Shown here: one piece after another, positions 1 through 9,200 of the stretch
Position numbering within the stretch: position 1 is the stretch's first letter
How the letters are laid out: every line of letters begins with the position of its first letter
From: Thermoanaerobaculia bacterium
GTDB lineage: Bacteria; Acidobacteriota; Thermoanaerobaculia; UBA5066; Gp7-AA6
Direction of reading: 5' to 3'
Length of the DNA stretch: 35,389 nt
Assembly (NCBI GenBank): GCA_036557025.1
Contig: DATBIJ010000283.1
Location: 1-35,389 of the forward strand
The notes under the pieces: generated by a model
Seen by the model: the letters and a program-made list of their open reading frames with translations, nothing else
What the model was told of the DNA's origin: nothing
Databases searched by the model: none
Position numbers and translations under genes: made by a program

Positions 1-1
1 C

Positions 2-2092
2 GTGCAGGGCCGCGGCTCCGCCGCCAACAGCGCCGTCTGCTATGCGCTCTCGATCACGGCGGTCGATCCCGTGAAGATGGAGCTGCTCTTCGAGCGCTTT
101 CTCTCCGAAGAGCGCGGGGAGTGGCCGGACATCGACCTGGATCTGCCCTCCGGCGAGCGGCGCGAGAAGGTCATTCAGCACGTCTACGAGAAGTACGGTC
201 CGCACGGGGCCGGCATGACGGCCAACGTCATCACCTACCGCGACCGTTCTTCCGCGCGCGAGGCGGCCAAGGCCCTCGGATACGCCCCCGAACAGGTCGA
301 TGCCCTCTCGAAGCGGCTGGGGGCCTGGAGCTTCGGCGAGATCCGCGAGGCCGTGGAGTCTCTGCCCGCGGAGATCGCGGGCGCGGGGCTGGATCCCTCC
401 GAGACGCGCGCGAAGCACTTCGTGCGGACGTTCCTGCGCCTGCAGAATCTGCCGCGCCATCTCGGGCAGCATTCCGGAGGCATGGTCGTCGCGGCGGGGC
501 GGCTCGACGAGGTCGTGCCGCTGGAGCCGGCGTCGATGCCGGGCCGGGTCGTCGTGCAGTGGGACAAGGACGACTGCGCCGATCTGGGGATCGTGAAGGT
601 GGACCTGCTCGGGCTGGGCATGCTCGCGGCACTCGAGGAGGCGATCCCGATGATCCGCGAGCACGAGAAGGTCCCGCTCGATCTCGCGCACCTTCCCGCC
701 GACGACCCGAAGGTCTACGACATGCTCCGGCGGGCCGATACCGTCGGGCTCTTTCAGGTCGAGAGCCGTGCGCAGATGTCCTCGCTGCCGCGCCACGGCC
801 CGCGCCACTTCTACGACCTCGTCATCCAGGTCGCCATCATCCGGCCCGGTCCGATCGTCGGCGGCATGGTCCATCCCTTCTTCGACCGCCGGCAGGGGAA
901 GGCCCCCGTCGAGTACGCGCATCCCAGCCTCGAGCCGATCCTGAAGCGCACGCTCGGCGTGCCGCTGTTTCAGGAGCAGCTGCTGCGGATTGCGATGGTC
1001 GCGGCGGGATTCACCGGCGGAGAAGCGGAAGAGCTGCGGCGGGCGATGGGCTTCAAGCGATCGGCCGAGAAGATGGTCGGGATCGAGGCGCGGCTGCGCG
1101 CGGGGATGACGGCGCGCGGGATCGTGGGCGCGGCGCAGGAGCAGATCGTCAAGTCGATCACCTCCTTCGCGCTCTACGGCTTCCCGGAATCGCACGCGGC
1201 GAGCTTCGCGCTGATCGCGTATGCGAGCGCGTACCTGAAAGCCCACCATCCGGCGGCGTTCCTGGCGTCGATCCTGAACGCGTGGCCGATGGGCTTCTAC
1301 CACCCGGCGACGCTCGTGCAGGATGCCCAGCGGCACGGCGTCCAGGTGCGGCCCATCGACGTTTTGCGCTCCGGCTGGGCCTGCCGGTGGGAGGAGGGAG
1401 CCGTGCGGATGGGCCTGCGCTACATCAAGGGACTGGCGGAAGCGACGGGACGGCGCATCGAGCAGGAACAGGCGGCTCGGGCTTTCGCCGGCATCGACGA
1501 TCTCGCGCGGCGCGCGAGCCTGCGCTCGGAGGAGCTCGACCTGCTGGCGTACGCCGGGGCGCTGGCCGGCTTCGGGCGCACCCGCCGGGCCGCGCTCTGG
1601 CAGGCGGCGCATGCCGGGAGGCCCTCGGGTCCGCTGTTTGCCGGGCTCTCGACCGACGGGCCCTCGCCGCTGCCCGAGATGTCGGCGGTGGAAGAGACGA
1701 TGGCCGACTACGAGGCCGCGGCCCTGACGACCGGACCCCACGCCATCGCGCACGAGCGCGAGGCGCTGCGCCGCCGCGGCGTGCTCTCCGCACGGGATCT
1801 GACGCGGCTCCCCGACGGCACGCGCGTCACCACGGCGGGCGCGGTCATCGTCCGCCAGCGGCCCGGCACCGCGAAGGGATTCGTCTTCCTGACCCTCGAG
1901 GACGAGACCGGGATGTGCCAGGCCATCGTGCGGCCCGACCTCTTCCAGCAGAACCGCACCGTCATCGTCGGGTCCGGTTCCCTCATCGTCGAAGGCCGTC
2001 TCCAGAAACAGGACGGCACACTCTCCGTGAAAGGGGAGCGCTTCTGGCCCCTCACCCCGTCGGAGACCATCCCAAGCCACGACTTCCGGTAG
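2..2092 (+). CDS. dnaE2: Error-prone DNA polymerase III alpha-type subunit (DnaE2/ImuC), C-terminal ~696 aa. The 5' end lies outside the window.
   Basis: The frame is open from the window edge to TAG at 2090-2092. Pol III alpha hallmarks are present: GRGSAANSAVCYALSITAVDP, LFERFLSEERGEWPDIDLDL, VKVDLLGLGML, GLFQVESRAQM, IIRPGPI, GFPESHAASFALIAYASAYLK, and a C-terminal OB-like GFVFLTLEDETG. The ERFLS..PDIDLD context resembles DnaE2 more than DnaE1, but that is from memory of the family and no search was run. Confidence 0.85.
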   Translation: MQGRGSAANSAVCYALSITAVDPVKMELLFERFLSEERGEWPDIDLDLPSGERREKVIQHVYEKYGPHGAGMTANVITYRDRSSAREAAKALGYAPEQVDALSKRLGAWSFGEIREAVESLPAEIAGAGLDPSETRAKHFVRTFLRLQNLPRHLGQHSGGMVVAAGRLDEVVPLEPASMPGRVVVQWDKDDCADLGIVKVDLLGLGMLAALEEAIPMIREHEKVPLDLAHLPADDPKVYDMLRRADTVGLFQVESRAQMSSLPRHGPRHFYDLVIQVAIIRPGPIVGGMVHPFFDRRQGKAPVEYAHPSLEPILKRTLGVPLFQEQLLRIAMVAAGFTGGEAEELRRAMGFKRSAEKMVGIEARLRAGMTARGIVGAAQEQIVKSITSFALYGFPESHAASFALIAYASAYLKAHHPAAFLASILNAWPMGFYHPATLVQDAQRHGVQVRPIDVLRSGWACRWEEGAVRMGLRYIKGLAEATGRRIEQEQAARAFAGIDDLARRASLRSEELDLLAYAGALAGFGRTRRAALWQAAHAGRPSGPLFAGLSTDGPSPLPEMSAVEETMADYEAAALTTGPHAIAHEREALRRRGVLSARDLTRLPDGTRVTTAGAVIVRQRPGTAKGFVFLTLEDETGMCQAIVRPDLFQQNRTVIVGSGSLIVEGRLQKQDGTLSVKGERFWPLTPSETIPSHDFR

Positions 2093-2094
2093 CC

Positions 2095-2124
2095 AATCCG
2101 GGGTCAACCCTGAAATCCGGACAT
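2095..2124 (+). repeat. Left inverted repeat (REP-like) of the RAYT unit, overlapping a local hairpin CGGACA-TCGCGC-TGTCCG at 2118-2135.
   Basis: Direct comparison with 3193-3222, as above. The hairpin arms CGGACA and TGTCCG are perfect reverse complements. Confidence 0.8.
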
Positions 2125-2227
2125 CGCGCTGTCCGCTGCCGAGGTCAGTCCACCCGATTGGCAACCTTTCCTACGACAACAGGCTTTGACGGCCTCTCGA
2201 CGCGACAAGGACACTCAGAGGCCCATC

Positions 2228-3172
2228 ATGCCGAGAGTTCCGCGCATCGACTTTCCCGGGGCGATCCATCATGTGATCGTGAAGGGCAACGAAGGTAAGG
2301 AGATCTATCGCGACGACGAGGACAGGAAAACCTATCTGCATCTGCTCCGTCGCTACCACGAGCGCTATCGCTTTGGCCTTCTGGCCTACTGCTTGATGGG
2401 GACCCACGCGCATCTGGCGATCGAGACGGGTGAGACTCCGCTCTCGCGAGTCATGCAAGCGTTTCAGACGGCCTACGCCCAGGCGTTCAATACACGGCAT
2501 GGGCGAGAGGGACACGTCTTTGTCGGGCGTTACAAAGCGTTTCTGGTCCAAGCCGATCAATACCTCCTGGCCCTCGTTCGCTACATTCATGACAACCCGG
2601 TGGCCGCCGGCATGTGCCCTCTTCCGGAGAACTATCCGTGGTCGAGCGACCGTTTCTACCGCGACGGCGGCGCCCCTTCCTGGCTGGACTGCGAAATGGT
2701 TCTGTCGATGCTGGCCTCGGGCGTCCTGGATGCCGCGCGGGCATACCGCGATTTGATGAGTCGATCGGAATTTGCCTCCTACGACCTGGTGCCGGTGACG
2801 GCGTGTGTCAAGGGCGATGAGCAATTCGCCAGGAAGCTGTTTCGCAAAGAGAAACGGACGGAACTTCTCCGCGATGCGTTGACGCCCGCGAGGATCGCGG
2901 AAGCAGTGGCTGTTGCCACGGGCATTCACGTTGCGGATCTGCGCGGCCCGGGCAGGACCCGGCCGCTCTGCGCCGCGAGGGGCCTCATCGCTCACGTCGG
3001 GAAGCGATACGGTTCGGTGCCGTTTGCCGGAAGCGCCCGTTACCTGGATCGGGACGAATCGACGATCGTGAAGCTTGCCGGCCGGATCGAGCGGGCGCTA
3101 CCGAGGTCGGCGGAGTTGCGAGAGTCCCTCGGGATCGCGCTGCTGCGCCTCGGGAGGGTCGATCCGGCCTGA
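2228..3172 (+). CDS. IS200/RAYT-like tyrosine (Y1, HUH) transposase-family protein with a C-terminal DnaA domain-IV-like helix-turn-helix.
   Basis: AGAGG lies 6 nt upstream of ATG 2228; the ORF-track start at 2186 has no such support. The N-terminus follows the COG1943/RayT pattern: PRIDFPGAIHHVIVKGNEGKEIYRDDEDR, the HUH motif in CLMGTHAHLAIE, and the catalytic Tyr context LVRYIHDNPV. The C-terminus (ARIAEAVAVATGIHVADLRGPGRTRPLCAARGLIAHVGKRYGSVPFAGSARYLDRDESTIVKLAGRIE) matches the Bac_DnaA_C pattern (R-x-R..aR..a..l....s...ia..l.rd.sTv). Confidence 0.85.
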   Translation: MPRVPRIDFPGAIHHVIVKGNEGKEIYRDDEDRKTYLHLLRRYHERYRFGLLAYCLMGTHAHLAIETGETPLSRVMQAFQTAYAQAFNTRHGREGHVFVGRYKAFLVQADQYLLALVRYIHDNPVAAGMCPLPENYPWSSDRFYRDGGAPSWLDCEMVLSMLASGVLDAARAYRDLMSRSEFASYDLVPVTACVKGDEQFARKLFRKEKRTELLRDALTPARIAEAVAVATGIHVADLRGPGRTRPLCAARGLIAHVGKRYGSVPFAGSARYLDRDESTIVKLAGRIERALPRSAELRESLGIALLRLGRVDPA

Positions 3173-3192
3173 ATGCAGGGTTGGCTCCGGAA

Positions 3193-3222
3193 ATGTCCTG
3201 ATTTCAGGGTTGACCCCGGTTC
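3193..3222 (-). repeat. Right inverted repeat (REP-like) of the RAYT unit, preceded by a partial extra half-copy at 3176-3190.
   Basis: It is the reverse complement of 2095-2124. CAGGGTTGGCTCCGG (3176-3190) matches CAGGGTTGACCCCGG (3205-3219) at 13/15 positions. Confidence 0.8.
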
Positions 3223-3267
3223 TCTTTCCCCTGGATCCGGTGTCTCATCCGTATGGACGAGGTGCGC

Positions 3268-6200
3268 ATGGGAGAGCGACGCGGGTTTCCCTGGGCCCTG
3301 ATCGCGGCGGTGTTCGGAGCGGGTCTGCTGGCCGCGCAGACCTCCTCGCCGGCGCGCCGGCCGACGCCCCGCGCCGCGGTCTCCCCGGCGCCGCGGGCGA
3401 CGGCGACCCCGCAGCCGGTCCCGCGGGAGGCCTCCTGGAAGGAGGTCGAGCGGCTGGTCTCCGAGCAGAAGTTCGAGGAGGCCTCGCGCGAGATCGATCG
3501 GCTGCTCGCCGCGGCGAAGGCCTCCGGCGACGATCGCGAGCTGGCCCTGGCGCTGGTTCGCTCGACGCAGCTTCGGATGGCCCTGCACGGCTATGAGACC
3601 GCGGTCCGAAACCTGCGCGAGGAGCCATGGCCGAAGGCTCTGCTCTGGCGCGCCGGGGTGAGTCTCTACTACGCCCAGGCGCTGGAGGCCTACGCCCAGG
3701 CCTACAGCTGGGAGGTCAACCAGCGCGAGAAGGTCGAGTCGACCGCGCCGGTGGATCTGAAGGCCTGGACGCGGGAGCAGATCTACGACGAGGCCGAGCG
3801 CGTGTACCTCGAGCTCTGGAAAGAACGCGAGGCCCTGGGCCGCGAGCCGATCTCCGCCCTGTCGGATTTCGTGGTCGCGAACAACTACCCCAAGGAGATC
3901 CGCGGGACGGTCCGCGACGCGCTGGCCTACTTCTTCGTCGAGCTGCTGTCCAATTCCTCCGGCTGGACGGCCGCGGAGGCCAACGAGGTCTATCGCCTCG
4001 GCGCGGCCGGCCTGCTCGACGCCGAGGCGCCGTTCTCGCCGGGCGTCGAGGACGCCGCCGGCCATCCGCTCGCGCGCGCCGTCGCCGCGCTGGGGGACCT
4101 GGAGGCGTGGCACGCCGCCCGCGGCGAGCGGGAGGCGGCGCTGGAGGCCTACCTCGAGCGCGTGCGCCGCATCCACGCCGCCTTCTCCGCCGAAGAGGAT
4201 CGCGCGGCGATCCGTGCCCAGCTCACCGCGCGTCTTGCGCGCGACCGCCGGCTGCCCTGGTCCGCGGTCGGCACGGCCCTGCTGGCCGAGCTCACCGAGC
4301 AGGAGTCCGCGCCGGACGCTTTGATCCGGGCGCGCAAGATCGCGCTCGACGGCGCCGAGGCGCATCCGAACACGATCGGCGGCAGGCGCTGCGCCTCCAT
4401 CGCGGCGCGCATCGCGCACCCCGAGCACAGCCTGCAGGCCATGTCGAGCGACGGCGCGAAGCGCCGCTCCTTCGAGGTCCAACACCGAAACCTCGCGACG
4501 CTGTACTTCCGGGCCTGGCGTATCGATCTGGACGCGCGCCTGATCTCCGCGAAGGACTACAACCTCCTGCCCGACTACAACGAGTGGCGCGAGATGCTCG
4601 GCAAGCCCCCGGCGGCGCGGTGGAGCGAGAAGCTGCCGCCCACTCCGGACTACCGCGTCCACCGGACCTTCGTCACGCCGCCCCTGGTGGAGCCCGGCCT
4701 CTACATGGTCGCGGCCGCCGACCGGGAAGATTTCGCGGAAGGCCGCACGGGGATCTCCTCTCTCAACTTCCTCCGGACCGACCTGGTCCTGATGGCGCGA
4801 CCGGAGGGCGGCTCGGTCGAGACGCGAGTCCTGGAAGGAGACAGCGGCGACGCGGCCTCGGGCGCCGACGTCGAGCTGTGGATCTACGACTGGCAGAAGG
4901 GCCACCGCCGAGTCGAGACAAAGCGGGTCGACGCCGGGGGGACGGCGCGCTTCTCGTGGAAGGAGGGGCGCGAGAACAAGCCGTACTTCTTCCTCGCGCG
5001 GCGCGGCGAGCACCGGGCGCTCGACTCGAGCTACCAGAACTTCTCGCCCGAGCGCGAGACCGAGCAGTCCGCGACGCTGGTCTTCACCGACCGCGCGATC
5101 TACCGGCCCTTGCAGAAGCTGTACTGGAAGACGCTCTCGTATCACGGGCGTCCCTCCGAGGGGCGCATGGCGATCTCGCCGGGGGCTTCGCTGACCGTGT
5201 CCCTCATCGACGCGAACAACGAGCGCCTCGCCGACAAGACGGTGACCACCAACGCCTACGGCAGCGCCTCGGGCGAGTTCGAGATTCCCGCGGGCCGGGC
5301 GCTCGGCGCCTGGCGCCTGCAGACCTCGATTCCGGGGTCGGCCGCGATCCGGGTCGAGGAGTACAAGCGCCCCACCTTCGAGGCGATGTGGAAGGACCCG
5401 GAGTCGCCGCTGCGGCTCAACCGTCCGGCGAAGCTGGCCGGCAACGCCCGCTACTACTTCGGTCTTCCGGTCACCAACGGCTCGGTCGTCTGGCGCGTGT
5501 CGCGCACGCCGCAGTTTCCGTGGTGGTGGGACTGGGGCTGGTGGTGGGGGCCTCGCCCGACGCAGCCGCAGGTCGTCGCGCAGGGCGTGTCGCCGCTTTC
5601 GGCCGACGGGACCTTCACGATTGCCTTCACGCCGGAGGCGGACGAGCGGCTCGCGGCCGCCTCACGCGAGATCACCTACCTCTACGAAGCGGTCGCCGAC
5701 GTCACCGACGAGGGGGGCGAGACGCGTTCCGCCTCGCGCGCCTTCCGGCTCGGGTTCGTCTCGATCGAGGCCCGGGTCCATCCGGAGAACGCGTTCCTGC
5801 GGCAGGGCGAGAAGGGCGCGATGAGCGCGATGCGGACGAGCCTGGACGGCGTGGCGCGCGCCGGGGCGGCGCGCTGGCGTCTGACCGAGCTCGTGCCGGC
5901 GGCGCAGGCCTTCCTGCCGTCGCAGCTGCCGCGCCCGGTCGCGCCCGCGCTGCAGCCCTACGCGACTCCCGGTGACCGCATGCGGGCGCGCTGGGACACC
6001 TCGGTGACCCTGGAAGAGACCCTTCGCAACTGGAAAGACGGCAAGGAGGTCGCGCAGGGCGAGCTGGCGCACGACGCGCAAGGACGCGCGCGCTGGGATC
6101 TGCCGCCGCTCGCGCCCGGCGCGTACCGCCTGCGCTACGAGACCAAGGACGAGTTCGGCGTCCCCTTCGAGGTCTCGCGCGACTTGCTCTGCTCCGGACG

Positions 6201-9200
6201 ACTCGAGGCCGACGCTCCCGCGCCGCTTGCGGTCGTGCTGCTCGCGGAGCAGACGCTGGTGCCCGTCGGAGGCACGGCGCGCTTCCTCGCCTTCTCGGCG
6301 CTGCCGGATCAGCGGATGGCCTTCGAGATCTACAAGGACGGGCGGCTCGTCGAGCGCCGGACGCTGCGCTCGGGCAAAGACCCGGCGATGATCGAGATCC
6401 CGATCACCGAAAACGCCCGCGGCGGCTTCGGCGTGAAGCTCGTCGGAATCCGCGACCATCAGCTGCTGCATGCGGTGACTTCGATCTTCGTGCCGTGGGA
6501 CGACCGCGAGCTGGAGGTCTCCTTCGCGACGTTCCGGGACCGCCTGCGCCCGGGAACCGACGAGACCTGGAAGGTCACGGTCAAGGCGAAGAAGGGCAAC
6601 TCGCCGGAGCGCGCCGCGGAGCTCCTGGCCTGGATGTACGACCGCAGCCTCGACGCCTTCGCCCCGTTCTCACCGCCGGATCCGATGAGCCTCTGGCCCA
6701 ACCGCAGCATCGTCGGCTGGATGCGCAGCAGCCTCGGGATGGTCTCGAGCCAGTGGATCGCGAGTGGACCCGGGCACGGGACGGACTATCCCCTGCTGCA
6801 GGGCGACCTGCTCAAGCTCGAGTCCGGCTACGGCATCGGCGGGCCGGGGCGGCGCTATCGCCAGATCGGAGCCGTCGCCGCGCCGGCGTCGGAGATGGAC
6901 GAGATGGCGGCGGACCGGGCGCAGCTGCAGGCGATGCCCGCGAAGAGCCGCGCCGATGTCGGCAACAAGCCGGTCGCGAAGGAAGGAAAAGACGAAGGGC
7001 GCAGCAATGTCGCGGGCGTGGCCGGGGAGCCGGAGGCCGCCGTGCAGATGCGCTCCGAGTTCTCCGAGACCGCGTTCTGGAAGCCGCACCTGATCACCGG
7101 CGAGGACGGCTCGGCCTCGATCGAGTTCCACGTCCCCGACTCGGTGACCTCCTGGAAGGTCTGGGTCCAGGCCGTGACGAAGGACCTGCACTCCGGGCGC
7201 GTCGTCAAGGAGAGCGCCTCGATCAAGGAGCTGATGGTCCGGCCGTACGTGCCGCGCTTCCTGCGAGAGGGCGACAAGGCGGAGCTGAAGGTCGTCGTCA
7301 ACAACGCCGCGGAGAAGGACCTCTCGGGAACCGTGTCGCTGGAGATCCTCAACCCCGCGGACAACGCGAGCGTGCTCTCCTCCTGGGGCATCGCGGCGGC
7401 GGCCGCCACGAAGCCGTTCCAGGTCGCCAAGGGCGGCGGCACCAACCTGACCTTCCCGATCACGGTGCCGCGGGGAACGGGCACGGTCGCCTTCCGCGTC
7501 GTCGCGAAGTCGGGCGATCTCTCCGACGGAGAGCTGCGGCCCGTCCCGGTGCTCCCGTCGCGGATGGTGCTGGCGCAGTCGCGCTTCGCGGCCCTGAAGG
7601 AGGGGGATCGGCGCACGCTGATCTTCGAGGATCTGGCAAGGGGCGGCGACCCGACGCGCATCGACGAACAGATTGTCGTCACCGTCGACGCCCAGCTCTT
7701 CTACGGAATGCTCTCGGCCCTGCCGTATCTCGTGGACTATCCCTACGAGTGCACGGAGCAGACGCTCAACCGCTTCGTGTCGACCGGCATCCTCTCCTCG
7801 CTCTACGGACAGTACCCGTCGGTCGCGAAGATGGCGGAGGAGCTCTCCAAGCGCGACACGCGGCTGGAGACCTTCGACGCGGCGGACCCGAATCGCCGCA
7901 TGGCCCTGGAAGAGACGCCCTGGCTCGAGGAGGCGCGCGGCGGGCCGAAGCCCGCCGGCGAGCTGCTGAAGGTGCTGGATCCGCGCATCGCGAAGGCGCA
8001 GCGCGAGGAGTCGCTCGCAAAGCTGCGCAAGGCGCAGACGGCGATCGGCGGCTTCCCGTGGTGGCCGGGCGGGCCGCCCTCACCCTACATGACCATCTAC
8101 ATCCTCCATGGCATGGCCAACGCACTCGAGTTCTCGGTTCCGGTGCCGAAGGACATGACGCTGCGCGCGTGGAACTACGTCGGCGGGGAGCTGCGCTCCG
8201 AGATGGAGCGTTGCATGGCCCACGGCGGCACCTGCGAGTTCGTGACGTTCGTCAACTACACGCTCTCGTCGTTTCCCGACGCCTCGTGGTACGAGGGCTC
8301 GTTCACCGACGCGGACCGCAAGCGCTATCTGGACTACTCCTTCGCGCACTGGAAGGGCCACTCGCCGTACCTGAAGGGAATGCTCGCGATGACGTTGAAG
8401 CGCGCGGGCCGGGGACAGGACGCGACGCTGGTCTGGGACAGCGTCATGGACTCCTCGAAGACCGACAAGGACACCGGGACCTCCTGGGCCCCGGAGGACC
8501 GCTCCTGGCTCTGGTACAACGACACGATCGAGACCCACGCGTACGCCCTGCGCACGCTCACGGAGCTGACGCCGAAGGATCCGCGCCGCGAGGGCCTCGT
8601 CCAGTGGCTCTTCCTGAACAAGAAGATGAACCACTGGAAGTCCACGCGCGCCACCTCCGAGGTCCTCTACTCGCTCGCCCACTACCTGAAGAGCGAGAGC
8701 GCGCTCGCGGTCCGCGAGGCGGTGCGCGTGACGGTCGGGCCCGTCAGCGCCGCCTTCGAGTTCGATCCGGAGCGCTACACGGGAAAGAAGAACCAGATCG
8801 TCGTTCCTGGCGACAAGATCGATCCGAAGACCTCTTCGACGATCGTCGCGGAGAAGAGCGGCAAGGGGCTCGCGTTCGTCTCGGCCACCTGGCACTTCTC
8901 GACCGAGAAGCTGCCCCGTGAGGACCGCGGCGACTTCTTCCACGTGTCGCGCCGCTACTTCCGCCGGGAGCCGACCGCCGGCGGCTTCACGCTCAAGCCG
9001 CTCGCCGACGGCACTCCGATCGCGCCGGGGGACCAGATCGAGGTCCAGATCTCGCTGCGCTCGAAGCACGAGGCCGAGTACGTTCACCTGCGCGACCCGC
9101 GGGCGGCGGGGCTGGAGCCCGAGAACGTGCTCTCGGGGCACAAGTGGAACCTCGGCATCGTCTGGTACGAGGAGACCCGCGACTCCGGGACCAACTTCTT

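Larger units (their letters stand above)
2095..3222 (+). mobile_element. REP/RAYT-like unit: a single Y1 (HUH) transposase-family gene bracketed by inverted 27-30 nt repeats, sitting in the dnaE2 to alpha-2-macroglobulin intergenic region.
   Basis: The left repeat at 2095-2124 (AATCCGGGGTCAACCCTGAAATCCGGACAT) is the reverse complement of the right repeat at 3193-3222 (ATGTCCTGATTTCAGGGTTGACCCCGGTTC). Identity is 27/30, or 26/27 over the core. The enclosed gene is visibly less GC-rich at third codon positions than its neighbours. Confidence 0.7.

Noticed and set aside
3040-5145. Long antisense or alternative-frame ORFs throughout the window, for example 121-2298 (+), 3040-5145 (-), 3627-5975 (+), 6495-8921 (+), 8080-10749 (-), 10278-12620 (+), 15830-17494 (+), 17891-19360 (-), 20101-21600 (-), 30671-32785 (-) and 33008-35287 upstream part.
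   Set aside because: Their translations are Arg/Pro/Gly/Ala-rich low-complexity strings typical of shadow ORFs in very GC-rich DNA. Each overlaps a frame that has clear family motifs.
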